DNA of 64,000 nucleotides. Origin: Lama guanicoe. Lineage: Eukaryota. Of the stretch, positions 25,136-39,004 are shown piece after piece. A program made the translations under genes and the position numbers. The stretch spans positions 657,168 to 721,167 of the forward strand of contig MU053482.1 in the NCBI GenBank assembly GCA_013239625.1, read 5' to 3'. Every line of letters begins with the position of its first letter. The stretch's first letter is position 1. Below the pieces are notes generated by a model. It had not been told where the DNA came from. It saw only the letters and a list, made by a program, of their open reading frames with translations, and ran no database searches.

Positions 25136-27384
25136 GAACCTTTAGTACTGTTTATAGGTTAGCACCAAGGAGGGAAAAAACACATACTGGTCAGTTATTT
25201 TTTTTTTAATCTGAGAAACTTAGGTATTTTATTAATCAGTATCCCAACTGGGCCACTGGTGTCCACCTCTTGTTTCCATGTGTTAGAAAGCAGGATTCTT
25301 TTTGCTCCGTAGTTCGGATAATGGAAAGCTATTTCTGATTTTCTCTACCCGTGAATCTTTCAATACCACCAGCGGGGCAGAAATCATCCTAAATGACCCT
25401 TGGCTGGACTATGTATGGTTCTGAGGAGACTATAGTGCTGCTCACAATACCAGGTTTTTTTTCCCTGTAGGTTTGGGAAGCAAATATACTGAAGTTGCTT
25501 TAAACCAGTTAGATTTTTATGCTGCAAACTGACAACATTTATGAAGGTTGATTTTTGCCTTTATATTTACAAATTCTAAACACGTACTCTGAGCAAGGAA
25601 TGAGATATTAAAGGAGAATATTGTTGTCTGTGATCCTGGCCCTTAAACAAATTCTTCTGTCATTTGTTCTCAGTGTGAAGTGGGTGGGTGCTGCGGAGCA
25701 TCAGTAAATATCGCTGCCTCATTGGTCTTGTACTCAGTGGCGTCCTTTAAACATGCTCTAATCTGTCCTCCATGCTCTTATCTCTCCCTGCACAAGGTCC
25801 TTTGGCAATAATAATACTAATTATCATGTGTTGGGCAGTCTCCTGGTGTCAGTCCTTATTGTTTCTTTACACTTTTATTTTAAATCCTAAGTCCAATGAG
25901 CTAATGATTATCCCCAGTATAGATGAAACAGATTCAGAAACTTCCAAGCTGGTTCCTCTTAAGCCTTCCTCACTCTTTCTATAGCCTGTAATTCTTTTTC
26001 TTATTACTAAAAATCTGGTTGTAGAGAAGGTTAAACTTTAGCCCAATTCTCTCCATTCCTTGAAGACAAACCCACAACTTTTTCCATTTTAAGGGCTTTA
26101 GAGCCAGTCCACAATAGCAGAGCTCTCTGTAGGCACATAAATAAGAGTCAGGTGTATTTGAACATATTTTTAAAGCACTCTGGGGGGTCTTGGCCAAAGG
26201 ACAATAGAAAGAATTAAAGGAAAAGTGGTAAAGATTATTGTGGCTATTTGACTGCATATTTTAGAAAAACTCAAAAGGGAGCCAATTCAAGCTTAATAGG
26301 ACAAGTAAGTGAACAGTCTTATACTGTATACCGAAAATAAAAAGTAGAAATTTTAGTAAAAAAGAAAAAAATTCCTTCACCATTGCTAAACTTAACAAAG
26401 TGTACACTTAAAAAACACTCAAGCTGTATTTGAAGAAAACCGTGAAACACAACGTCTGAATAAATGAACATGCACACTAATTTTATGAATAGGACAATAG
26501 TCTTATAAAGACGTTCATCTCATCTGAATTAATTCATATATTTGCTGAAATTCCAACCAAGTTCACAGAGAATTTTTGTAATTGAATTTAATAATTTTAT
26601 TCTAAATTTTATCTACATTAGTAATTGTATGATAGAAAATGAGCTGTGGAAAAGAAAAATGAGGGAGTAGAGGAAACATATCCTACCAGATATAAAATAT
26701 ATAGTCGATTTTTCCTTCCTTATTAATATTGTGTATACTGAGCAGGCATAAAACATTTGACCAATAAACATATTGTGGAACAGAAACATATCCTAGTATT
26801 TATGAAAATTTAATATATGACAAAGGTGGAATGTATCACTTAACAAAAGATATGGAACAATTGTCATAAAAGTCTGAGATTAGAACCTAGCATTTCCCTG
26901 AAGTTCAAACTTAAAAAAAAATTAAAATAATTGTGTTTAAGGATCTTAGGAAATCTATTGTGCCATAAAAGAATAGTCTGTACACGTGATTTGTAGATCC
27001 ATGGAAAATAACCCGTTGATGGTGATTATGCCCAGGCAGTGGGGTTCTAGTGGGATTAGAGTGAGTGGCTGAGGGGACACTTTCATGTTTTTATGCTTAC
27101 TTTATTGTCTGCCTTATATAATTTAGCTTGAATTTTCTAAGTGAAAAAAGAAAATTTAAATTATTTAAAATAAAAACATGAAAGAATTACAACGATGATC
27201 TAGTACATACAATACAAATTGTAACAGTGAAGATAATATTAGAATAGTGGGAAAACCAAAAGACAAATCACTGGATCAGAATAGAAATTAGAACCAGCGA
27301 AGTCTGCATAATAATTGTGTAAATGCTTCCAATAAGCCAGAAAAGCACATATTATTCAACAAATCACGCTAGGAGAATTGACTA

Positions 27385-27438
27385 CAGGCATACCTTGTTT
27401 TATCGTGCTTTGCTTTATTGTGCTTCACAGATACTATG

Positions 27439-27469
<31 letters not shown>

Positions 27470-27816
27470 TAAAGGTTTGTTAAGAAAAAACCTTCCAAAA
27501 GCATTTTCTCAGTTTGTGGATCTGTGTCACATTTTGGTAATTCCTACAATATTTCAAACCCTCCACCAGCGAAAAGGTTACAACTGGCTGGAGGCTCAGC
27601 TAATGGTTAGCATTTTTTGGCAATTTTTAAAATTAAGGTATGTACATTATTTTTAAAGACATAATGCTATGCACACTTAATAGATTATAGTATAGTGTGA
27701 AACATAACTTTAATATATGCTGGAAACCAAAAAATTCATGTGACTCACTTTATTGCAGTATTTGCTTTATTGTGGTGGTCTGGCACTGAACCCTTAATAA
27801 CTCTGAGGTTTACCTA
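27385..27816 (+). mobile_element. Tigger1-family internally deleted DNA transposon
   Basis: Starts TA|CAGGCATACC and ends GAGGTTTACCTA|TA (degenerate TIR, TA target site). Typical Tigger1 subterminal text. Confidence 0.85.
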
Positions 27817-28051
27817 TAAATAGTTGACAAACAAATTAAATGTGTCTACCTTATCCAATATAGAGAAAACGTTCCAAAAGGATTAAGGATGTGTGTCTGT
27901 CCATTATACACAGACACACATATATAAATAACCTTAAGCATTTAAAAATAAGGTGATTATTCATTGACCTTGTGTGGCAGAATAATTTTTTGAGCATTAC
28001 AACAAAAGTATAAACTGTTTAAAAAAAACACCGATTTATTTGACTTCAAAA

Positions 28052-28320
28052 CTAGGATGAATAAGTTCTGGAAATCTAATGAACAGCACAGTGATTATAA
28101 TTAATAATACTGTATTTTATACTTGAAATATGCTGAGAAGAGATCTTAATTTTTCTACCCCTCCCCCCAAAAAGGTGGCTGTGAGTTGATATGGATATAT
28201 TAATTAGCATGATTGTGATAATCATTTCACATTGTATATATACATCAAAACATCATATTGTATTTCCTAAATATATGCAGTTTTTGTTTGTCAATTATAC
28301 TTCAGTAAAACTGGGAAAAA
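28052..28320 (+). mobile_element. L1MA-type 3' end
   Basis: aataagttctggaaatctaatg...tcaattatacttcagtaaaactgggaaaaa, characteristic of L1MA8-10 termini. Confidence 0.75.
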
Positions 28321-28789
28321 TATCTTGACACATTCACAAAATAAGATTTGAAAGTAAATGACAACATGGGAATAAAACTGTAACAAATGTAAGAGATCAA
28401 AGACTAATATCTTTAGTACAGGAATCCTAATGAAAAATTAATGAGAAAAATTATGAACATTACAGGAGAAAAGGTATAAATATGAATTGACAATTTATAA
28501 TAAGTAAATTTCAATCTCAGTACAAGCAAAGTCACATTAAAATTAAATGCCTTTTTTTAACCATCAGATTGGCATGAATTTTAAAAATGTATAATATCCA
28601 ATGTTAATAAGATCTCACTTTGTTGGAAACAAATTATTAAAACCTGGCTTAGGGATAATTTGTCAATATATGGAAAATGTTCTAAAATGAGCAGTATACT
28701 TTGATAAAGTAAATTCAAACTTACTATTCTGTCATAAATAAATATAATAATATTTTGGTCAAAAACAAGGTTGGTAATGCCACAAAAAT

Positions 28790-30660
28790 AGAATTTGGTG
28801 GGAAATTTATAGCTTTAAATGCTTACATTAGAAAATAGCAATAATTTACAATCAGTGCTCTAAGCTTTTACCTTAAGAGACTAGAAAAAAAAGAACAAAT
28901 TAAATACAAAATAAGTACAAGGCAGGAAATAATAAAGATAAGGGTAGAAATCAATGAAGTAGTAAACAGACAAACCATAGGGCAAATCAATGAAATAAAA
29001 CATTGATTTCTTGGAAAAGATCGATAAAATTGATAAACCTTTAGCAAGACAGCTTTAGTGGAAAAAAAGACAATACAAATTGCAGATGTCCATAATTAAA
29101 TACACAAGTCTCTCATCCTATTGACTTAATAACAATTAAATGTTATAAATAATATTTTGTAATAAATTTAATAATTTAGATGAAATGAACAAATTCCTCA
29201 AAAGATATAAATCACCAATACTGGTATAATAAAAATGAGAAACTATCTGAATAGATCTACATATATCAAAGACAGTGAGTCTGTATTTAGTAACAGTCCC
29301 ATGGCAAGGAATCTGTAGAACCTGAGGGGCAGTTGGTATAAGTTTTTGCCTGAGTCCAAAGACCTGAGAATCAGGAGCACTGATACCCAATATCCAGCTT
29401 GAGAAGAGAGAACAAATTCACTCTTCCTTCTTTTTGTTCTACTCAGGCCCTTGATGGACTGGATGATTGGTGAATGTGATTTTCTTTACTCAGTCTACCA
29501 ATTCAAACACTAACATATTCTGGAAGCACTCTCACAGACACACCCAGAAATAATACCTTATCAACTATCTGGGCACCCTGTAACCAGTGAAGTTGACACA
29601 TAAATTTAACCATCAAACCCTGTGAAAACTCATATGTGAAAAGGAAAATAAGCCTCAACTCCCACTTCACACCATACACAAAAGTTAATTTGAGATAGAT
29701 CTTACACTTAAACCTAAAAAGCTAAAAAATACTAAAAATTTCTATAACAGAAAACATATCCATGACCTTGGAGTAGACACATAGTTTTTAAAAACCCTTC
29801 TCATCAAGGCACATTTCTGAAAATGAACAGAGAAGCCCGGAGCCTGGGAGAAAATATTTGCAATCTTATATATAACAGACGTGTATGAAGAATATATGTA
29901 GAATTCCAATAATTCGATTAACAGACAAAAGAGCCAATTAAAATAGGCAAAAGACAGGAGCAGACATTTCAAAGAGGAATATGTTCAAATGGTCTGCAGG
30001 CATGTGAACAAGTGTTGAACATGATTTCTGGGGGGAAGACTAAGCAAAAAGATTCACAAATTAAATTTTAACAAGTATAGGGAAACAGAATTCTCAAATA
30101 TTGCTGATAGAAGTATAAAACTCTGTCAATTGCTTATAAATTTAAACATATACTTACATGCAGCTCAAGAATTTGCCACCTAGGTATTTATCTGAGAGAA
30201 ATGAAACATACAGACACAAAGACTTTTACAAGGATACTTATAACCTCTGTATTCATAATAGCTCACAGTAAGATATAACCCATATATCCACAAATAGGAA
30301 GATGGATAAACAATTGTGGTATATCTGTATAATGGAATATTACTTAACAATAAAAAGAATTACTGATACAAGCAAAACCAAGGATGAATCTCAAAGCCAT
30401 AATGCTGAGGGAAAAACGCCTGACACAAAAGAGTACATATCATATTTTTCTATTTATATGAAGTTCTAGAATAGGTAAATCTAATACAGAGTGGCAAAAA
30501 TAAGAATAGTGGTTGCTTCTGGAGAGTGCAAGGGTAAAGACTAACTGGGATGGGGCAGGAGGAAACTTTCTACGGTGATGGAAAGGTTTCCAAATTCATC
30601 AAACTATACCCTGTGTAATTATATCTCAATAAAAAGTTTTTGATTTATATAAAAAGAAAA
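28790..30660 (+). mobile_element. Degenerate old L1M (ORF2 remnants and 3' end), interrupted by an MLT2 LTR
   Basis: ggaaatttatagctttaaatgcttacattagaaaa..., cacaccatacacaaaa..., aatggaatattacttaacaataaaaag, A-rich tail near 30650. Confidence 0.75.
29305..29616 (-). mobile_element. MLT2B-like ERVL LTR (partial)
   Basis: Reverse complement begins TGATGGTTAAATTTATGTGTCAACTT...GGTGCCCAGATA, the MLT2 5' end. Confidence 0.75.
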
Positions 30661-31569
30661 AAACAAGGTGGGTAAAATGAATCTGTGAGAGTTTATTGCA
30701 ATATTAATGATAACTATAAATCTTTGAAAAAAGAAAAATATTCTTAAATAAATATAGAACATCCAAATAAAGGACTGCTATGCATCCACTGAAAAAATGT
30801 AAATCTATTTTATAACATCAAAGTTTTGCAAAATATTTAAGATGAAAAGTGGATTATAAAAATATTGACACTCTAATTCTCATTTTAAAATTTGTCTTGC
30901 CAAAGTGTTCATGTGTGTGTTTTTCTGAGTGATAGGATTTTAAGTGACTTTTTCATTCCAGCTTTATGTGATTTTACAGTCTCAGATGCTCTCTAATGAA
31001 AACAAATTATTTTGTAATCAGAAAATAAGGCATAATCTTTGACTCGATCCTTTATAATCTGGTGCCTGCTTTCCTCTTCACTCTCATATCTTGCCTCTTC
31101 ATAGCCTCTGACTTTATATTTTGGAACATTCTAAATATCCTTTCCTAAAGCTGCTATTCAATGAGACATCCTGCGTTAAACTCTTTATAGTCACTAGCTC
31201 ATTTTCTCTTTAGGATGATCTTACTCTTTGGTGACGTTATCTGTCCATTTTATGTAAATAATGAAACTGAGCCTTAATATAATTAAGTATATTTTCCAAG
31301 GTTTAATAACCCAGAATCTAAGCTTCATGCTATTAGCTACCACACATACTGCCTCTTTTTTGAAACCGAATAAGGTCAAAATAAAATTAGCGTGATAGAA
31401 CAGAGCAAGACTGAAATCAAGCAGACTTCCATGTTGCTGTACGTTGACACAGACATTACTTGCATCTTTTGAAACTTATTATTTTATATTTCTGTTGTCT
31501 CAACTTTGCTTTCATCTCTTGAATTCCCTTACCAGATATTATCAATATTTTTTTACTTTTTAGAGAAAA

Positions 31570-32020
31570 AGGCAGCAAATTTCACAATATCCAAGAAGTG
31601 AAAGCATCCATCACTGGATGAATGGATATACAAAATGTGCTGTATACATGCAGTGGAATATTACTCAGTCTTTTGAAAGAATGAAATCCTGTCATACACT
31701 ATAAGGTGGATGAGCCTTGAGGACATTATGCTGAATGAAACAAGCCAGTCCCAAAAGGACAAATACTGTTATGATTCCACTTATAGGAGCTATCAAAATC
31801 AGTCAAACTCATAGAAATAAACTAGAGTGGTGGTTGCCTGGGGTTAAGGGGAGGGAGAAATAGGGAATTGTTCAATGGATATTGAGTTTCAGTTTTGCAA
31901 GATGAAAAAGTGCTAGAGATCTGTTACACAATGAATATACTGAACACTATCAAACTGTACACTTAAAAATGGTTAAGACAGAAAATTTTATGTTACTTTT
32001 TTTTAACCACAATTTTTTTA
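31570..32020 (+). mobile_element. L1MB-type 3' end
   Basis: ggatgagccttgaggacattatgctgaatgaaacaagccagtc...aactgtacacttaaaaatggttaag. Confidence 0.8.
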
Positions 32021-34229
32021 ATGATTTTTTTCCCTTGGGGGTGGGGGGAAAGAAAACAAAGAAAAGCAGGACAACCTCTGTTGATCATACCATTTCTTGT
32101 TATTTATTATCTAACTTTTGTTACTAAATTCGTCAAGTATTTGTTCAGCACTAATTACTTCTACTTTTTTATCATACCATTCACTCTTCAAAGCTTTTCA
32201 ATCTCTTTTTTATTTTCATGACTATACTGAAACCAAACACACTCTTATCCAAGTAATGACATTTTCTCATCCCAGATTCAGTCTCCAAGAAATTTGGCAA
32301 ATTTAACCATAAATATTTCTTAAAATCTCTTTTTTGTTACTGTAGGACCAATGTATCTTACTGCTTTTCTTGTATTTTTACACATCTTAATCATACTCTC
32401 GAAAGCCCATCCTGAGTTGTTACTTATAATTTCTTCTCCTTGTCTTCAAGCCATGTGAGATAGCAAATCACAAAAAATGCAAATGATACTACTACAGAAT
32501 TGTGAATTCTCCTATCTGCTTCCTAGCATTTTTGTAATAATTTTTTGCAAATTCTCTGAGCGATCTGTCTTCTGCCAACCTAAACATCATAAATTTTCAA
32601 CTCTTCCCTAAGCTATTATCCTAGGCCATAGCCAAAAAAAATACTCTACAGTTCTCCTAAACTTCATATTCCTTTGCAGGAACGTTCTGCTCCCCCTGAA
32701 TTTAACCACCCATTAGTTGCCTAGAGTCAGTTTTAATGGAATCATCTTCTTAAAATTCTTTACCCAGAATAAAGGTAGAGTTGACTGTTATCTTCACAAT
32801 GTCCAGAAAACGATTTGCGCATACTTCTTTTCGTGAAAGTCATACATCGTACTTTAAGTATTTGATTAAATGTCTGTCTTCCTGGACTGAATTGTTTTCT
32901 CAAGGTAATAAAACATATTTCACTTAACTGTATACCAACATCAGCTGACACATAGTAGGGTTTAAAAGTGACTTGAACGAATGTATAGACTCATGCCTAC
33001 CCTCCACGTGAACACGATAGCCCACCAATGCATTCACTCTCAAGAGAAATGTAGTTGAGAAGAGGGCCCGCGTGGCCATCCAGGGATGTCTGAACACAAG
33101 AAGATCCTGCTGTGTCCCCCATGGCAGAAGGTTCAGGTTCCATCCTGGACCTACTCCCAGTGTCCAAACCTAAGTGGCTGAAAGGAACGAGGAAGGAATC
33201 TGAAAAGAACACTGAGATAGCGAGAGGCAGAGGAGAATCTGGCACACTAGAGTTTGGTGCGAAAGGAGAGGCAGTGGGTGAGGCAAAGCCCGCCTCCAAT
33301 GAACAGAATCAAGGTTTCAGATTTTCTGAAAGGATTAACTCCCCATAATTATCCTCCCCACTCTCACCTGGAGGACTGGCAGGAGACAAACACAAGACAG
33401 TGGGGTCAGTGATGAAGAAATAAGGAAGATGTGGTTTCTGCAATCGCTAATCCATACCCTAACAGGTGACCTCCACTGCACTTTACCAAATATTCTGAAG
33501 GTTGGGACATCACCTGGCTATGAGTCTTATTCTAGCCTAAACCAAGGAGCACCATTTATTAAAATTCCTGATTCACCAAGGAACCATCTGGAGGATTTTC
33601 CTGAAGGAACTCTTTAAACCTAAGGTCCTAAGAGCTATTGTAAATAGGGCATTCCCTGGAGCATCAGTACTATTAGCTTTTTTCTTTTCTTTTCTTTTCT
33701 TTTTTATAACCTTTCTATAATGAGAGATACTCTGGGGCATTTTTTATTGTAATCACAAACTGAAATACCTGAATCTTATCTGATGTTGGTCTAAGGACTT
33801 CTGGGGTCTCCAAGTTTTCTGCCAATTTTAAAAATAGAGTTTGTAATACTGATGGCAACATAAAAGGCAGCTGATGTAAGTATATTCTGCATCATTCCGA
33901 TGATACCTCTCTGCTAACAAGTGCCAGGGGATTTCAGAACCTTTGTCTGCAACTGTACTCAGAATGCTTCAATTATCTTCCACTAATGGGAAAAGAGTAA
34001 CTAGAGGTACATGATGCAGTTCAAGATGTCATGACTGTTTAAAGCCTTTGTTGTGGCTATTCAAATACAGAAGGGTGTTGTGAGAACTAAGCATAAAACA
34101 TATGGCCATATAAACAAGACCAAAAGAGAATTCTTATTTTTCCCATCAAACTCCCCTCTTTTTGAATCTTCATTATCCACAGAATTGCTCAGGTCAAAGA
34201 CTTAGCAGGATATTTTGTTCCTCTCTTTA

Positions 34230-34520
34230 TTTTTCTTTTTAAAAATTATTTTAGTTTTAAAAAATTTAACTATTGTCAGTTTATAATGTTTTGTTAATTT
34301 CTGATGTACAGCATACTAACTACTATATATAAAATAGATAAGCAGGTTTATACTATATAGCCCACGGAACTATATTCAATATCTTGTAGTAACCTATAAT
34401 GAAAAAGAATATGAAAAGGAATGTATGTCTGTATATGTGTGACTGAAACATTATGCTGTACACCAGAAGTTGACACAATATTGTAAACTGACTAAACTTC
34501 AATAAAAAAATGGAAAAAAT
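34230..34520. mobile_element. Two L1 3' termini joined head-to-head (minus ~34230-34315, plus ~34316-34520)
   Basis: Both arms contain tatgctgtaca(c/t)cagaa...aaactgac, in opposite orientation. Followed by (TA)n. Confidence 0.7.
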
Positions 34521-34797
34521 ATATATATTTATTATATTTATATATATATATATATATATATATAAAACTGAATTACTATATTGTTACTCTCTCTTTCTAT
34601 CTCTGCATCCTATCAACCCACGTGATGTGCCATCTCCTGTGCCCCTCCATTGCTGCAACCCTAGTTAAGACCATCATCTCCCCCAGGCTACCACAGTAGA
34701 GCTCAATCTTACTGATTGCTTCTCTTGCTTCCATGCTTGTCCACTTGCAATCCACTGCCTGTACAACTCTCAAAGAGACCTTTTAAAAATGTATATA

Positions 34798-37700
34798 CGT
34801 AAATGAGCAAGACCCTATGGGACCTTTCCAGGACAGACCCCTCCCCCATATCCTCTGCTTTAGCTCCTCTCTGAATATCCAGATAATTGTATCTGATGCA
34901 TCTTTTCTGTATTCTCCAGATGCTAAAACCACCACCAAATGGAAAAAAATCAACTACTTGATGATCATGAGCATGTAGCCCACACACTTTCTGGTGCCTA
35001 AGTATTGAGCACCATGAACCAATCAGAGAATTGTGCACGGCTGATCAGATACCCTGGGATGCCGTCCCAAGCTGGCCTTTAAAAATGCTCAGCTGAAACC
35101 CTTCAAGGGATTGGGCTGGGGGTGGGGGGATTTGGACACGAGACAACAGTTCTTGCTGGGACCTGCAATAAACCTTTCTCTGCTCCAGGCTCCCAGGATT
35201 CAGTTTGTTTGACTTCACTTTGTGTGGGGCGCATGAACGTGCATTCAGTAACAACAACTGGAGAAGCCAGGAGTCTGTGCTCATGGCAGGTCAAACCCCT
35301 CCAGAGGCAGCTCCTTCCTGGGTCCCCAGCATTTTGCTCCAGGGGAGCTGAGACAGACTCTCACAGGCACCAGCTTCCCCAGAGCCTGAGGCTGTTTGGA
35401 GGAGAAATTTCCAGAACTGCAGTCCACATTGGGAGTCACCTGGGGGTGAGTGGCTACAGCTTGGGCTGGCTGGGAATTTGACCCACTCCTTCTGGGCTCA
35501 TTCCCTTGAGGGAAGTGAGAGACTCTGGGTCTGTTCTGTTTTGAGGGCTGTGCCAGTCTGTCTGGAGGCCTCCATCTGGGAGTGGAAGTGGAATTATTAG
35601 ACTACACCTCCTCTGATTGTCTGTGCAACCATAGCTTATTTGTTATTTGTGGCATTGTGTGTATCATTTTGTGGTGAGCCACTGTAGCTTGTACAGGACG
35701 AGAAACTTCTACCCTTTCCACCTGGGCTCATTTCCCTTCCTGGAACTGAGACAGTCTGGGCTTATTGGGAGCCACTCTGGATCCAGTCTTTTTTGGGAGC
35801 TAGGGCACTCTGGAAGCCTCCGTCTGGGAGTGGAATTCTGGGGCTCCACCTTGTGTGATCCTTTGTTTGGGGGACCATGTTTGTTGGTAATATGTGCCTG
35901 TGTGTCAGTACTTTGGCCAATAAGACATCTTTGGTGAGTAACAGGCTTGGAGTGTGATGACACCAGGGTATCCTTCCCCTGTTGTGTTGGCATCACCTGT
36001 GGTGGAGTGTTGGTCAAAATTTTCCCTTTCTAGCTTTGGTTGTTTATTCAGCTTTGTCTCTGACAGGGCATTGGTTGGGAATCTCCCTTTTGAGCTGGGG
36101 AACTGTGACTCTGTGAAACTGTTTTGCATTGTATTTGTTTGCTTGATATTTGATAATACCAGCTGTGAACAATTACGAGTGTTTCTAATTTTGTTCCATC
36201 TTTTGGCAAAACTGGGAGATCTTTAGCTATGCTCCCATAAATGAAAGAAAATAATGTTTTTATTGTAACTTGTGTGGCCTCAGTGCTCCCTGAGATCTGG
36301 AGAACAATGGCTCCTCATGGCTCTGCTTTTATATCAAACTGGGCCTTTTGCAATCGCTTCAGCCTTTTTCTTGGGGGGTGAGTATCTGTGGGTGTCTCGG
36401 TACCTGAGGCCAAATCCTGTTCTCTCCTCCTGGTTTTGTTGAAAGTGAGGCATGTGAATGTGAGTGAATTATATGTATTTTATTATCTATTACTGTCATT
36501 TCTTTAAACTGAAGTGGATAGTTGGAAACTGGAATAAAAATACCTGAAAATAGCCAAGATGATTGGGTTTTGTAAAAGTGGAGGAGAATTTTGCATTTCT
36601 CTTTCTGTACCTCTGAGATGTAAATAATCTCCCTGGGCTCTGGAGGAAAAAATATTTTTCTAAACTCAAAAGGAAAAACTGTGAGATCTCTGGTTCTGTC
36701 TGTCTTCATGTAAAAATTAACTTGTAAATGAGCTCTATTTAATTGACATAAAAGTAAGTGCCTAGAGACATAATACTTCTACGTATATAGAAGCTGGACA
36801 GAACAGCTTCAGGTTCACATGATCTGGGAAGTGTTCGGTGCTAAATGATTAAAGCTAGCTTAACAATGCTGTAAATCAACTCTACTTCAGTTTTAAAAAG
36901 CTAGCTTAAGCTTGGTGCTATAATCAATACAGACATGTCTTTCATTGTACCTAGGTTTACTAATGCTCAATAAGTTTATTATTTACATTGAAGAGTTTGT
37001 CATCAGAAAGAAAAAATTTTATTTGGTATGATGAAATTCTTGCAGGTGAATTAAATGCAAATGAGAGGAGCTTTTGAATGAATCTCTAGAAATAGTTGAG
37101 TCTACTTAAAAATGATCTCTCCAAATATTTGGTAACTTGAAATTTTAGAATTGTGTTAAATTAAGTTAAATGATGGAAGCTTGTTGAATGGCTAGGTCCT
37201 TCCCAAAAAATAAAATATTGAAATATTAATTACTGAACACTGGCTTCCATTTTCAGAGTAACTAGAGGCATTTGGCACTGTCAGTGAATATGTTTGGTGC
37301 CACAGTGAGATATTTTCTATGAAAAGCAAATGTTTTTGAAGATGATGTGTTTGTGTTTGCCAGTTTACCGAATGCTGATTTAAAAGACAGTTCATGGTTG
37401 CTTGCTTCTTGGTCTTTACTAGAACTTGAGTTGAGGATTCTAATTTAAACATGTCATTAAAGCTGCTAAAAATAATAAGGGAAACATTTCAGTATACAGT
37501 AGGAAGTAGGATATATGTTTTGAGTGAAAAAAAAGGTGTGAGGTATGAAAGTGTATTTTGTGAAGGGAAAAGAAATGGACTTCGTCCTGAGCTTGTTGAT
37601 TCTAGACAGGGGGAAAAAGGGAAAAACCCTTAGGGATACAGAAAGCTGTGAAAAGTTTGTAGAAAGGGAACCCTAAAAAAAAGGAGATGTATAATGGCCA

Positions 37701-38517
37701 ATAGCTCCTGTTAAATATGTGTTAATACCACGTCAAAGGTAAAACCTACTCAGATAAAAGACAACTGGCTACCTGGCCACAAGTCTCCACCCAAGTGCCA
37801 GGTCCAGACTGGTTTTCAGGCTCATTCTGAGTTCTTCAAGGAACGAGGTTTTAATCATACAAGACTTGGAATCTGGGAATGTTTCCAACTTTGTGTCTAT
37901 CCCCAAATCGAGGTAAGACTATACCTTGTTTCAGCAGGAAGTAGCCAGAACTGTCATCACCCCATTCCCTGAAAGATCTGGGGAAGGATGAAACAGGATA
38001 GGAGACTGAAACAGACTTCCTCTGCCAAGTTGATGATTAACATCTCCGTCCAAAACATTATTCTCCTTCTTGTCCAACACCTGTTCAAGATTGAGACATA
38101 TCAAAGAAAAGGGGGGAACTGTAACCAAGCAGGACTCTATGGGGCCTTCCTGGGACAGACCCCACCCGTATATCCTCTGCTTTAGCTCCTCTCTGAACTA
38201 TTTAGACAATTGTATCTGATCCATGTTTCCTGAGTTCTTCACGTGATAAAACCACCACCAGTCCTTCTGGTGCCTAAGGATTGATGACCATCAACCAGAG
38301 AGTTGTGCATGAGCTGATCACACACCCTAGGCTGATCCTCCCTCAGATGGCCTTTAAAAATGTTCAGCTGAAACCCTTCAGGGAGTTTTGGGTTTTTCAG
38401 TTGTGAGCCAACAATTTTCCTTGCTCAGCCCTGCAGTAAACCTTTGCTCCAGACATTAACGTTTTGGTTTGTTTGGCCTCACTGTGTGTCACGCACATGA
38501 ACTTGCATTCAGTAACA
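34798..38517 (+). mobile_element. Non-autonomous class I ERV provirus with both LTRs (34798-35253, 38120-38517)
   Basis: Homologous direct LTRs ending GCATTCAGTAACA; degenerate PBS TGGAGAAGCCAGGAGTC (35259-35275, tRNA-Arg(ACG)-like); polypurine tract AAAGAAAAGGGGGGAAC before the 3' LTR; gag-like relic ~36230-36330; no pol or env seen. Confidence 0.9.
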
Positions 38518-38578
38518 TCAGGATGGCTTTCCATTGAACATAAAATAAAATTAGTCACCTTCTCAGGACTTCCAAGGC

Positions 38579-39004
38579 TGTAGTGAGTTGAATTGTGTCA
38601 CCCCAAAAGATATCTACTTGGAACGTGGAATGAGACTTTATTTGGAATAAAGACCTTTGCAGATGTAATTAAGGGAAATCTCAAGATGAGATCATCCTCA
38701 GAAGGTGAACCTTAAACCCGGTGACAGATGCCCTTCTAAGAAGAGGGGAGGACACAGGCTGAGGGGAGAAGACATTGTGAAGACAAAGGTAGAGATAGGA
38801 GTTATGGTACCACAAGACAAGGAACACCCAGCTCAGTACAAAAGCTAGGAGAGGCAAGAAGTCTCCTCTGCTAGAGCCATCTGAGGGATCCTAGTCTGCA
38901 GATACCTTGACTTCAGACTTCTGGCCTCCAGATTATGAATTCCTGCTGTTCTAAGCCACCAGGTTTGTGACAATTTGTTATGGCAGCCCTGGGAAACTAA
39001 TACA
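38579..39004 (+). mobile_element. MLT1C-like MaLR solo LTR
   Basis: TG...CA termini, MLT1 3' text (aagccaccaggtttgtgacaatttgttatggcagccctgggaaactaataca), 5-bp TSD AAGGC. Confidence 0.88.

Noticed and set aside
32010..32042. TTTTTAATGA plus TCCCTTGGGG resembling the H/P-element homeodomain + O/E arrangement
   Set aside because: It sits at the tail of an L1MB 3' end, lacks the AAC of the 13-mer AACTTTTTAATGA, and has no motif cluster around it. I could not identify a P-element orthologue in the window by eye.
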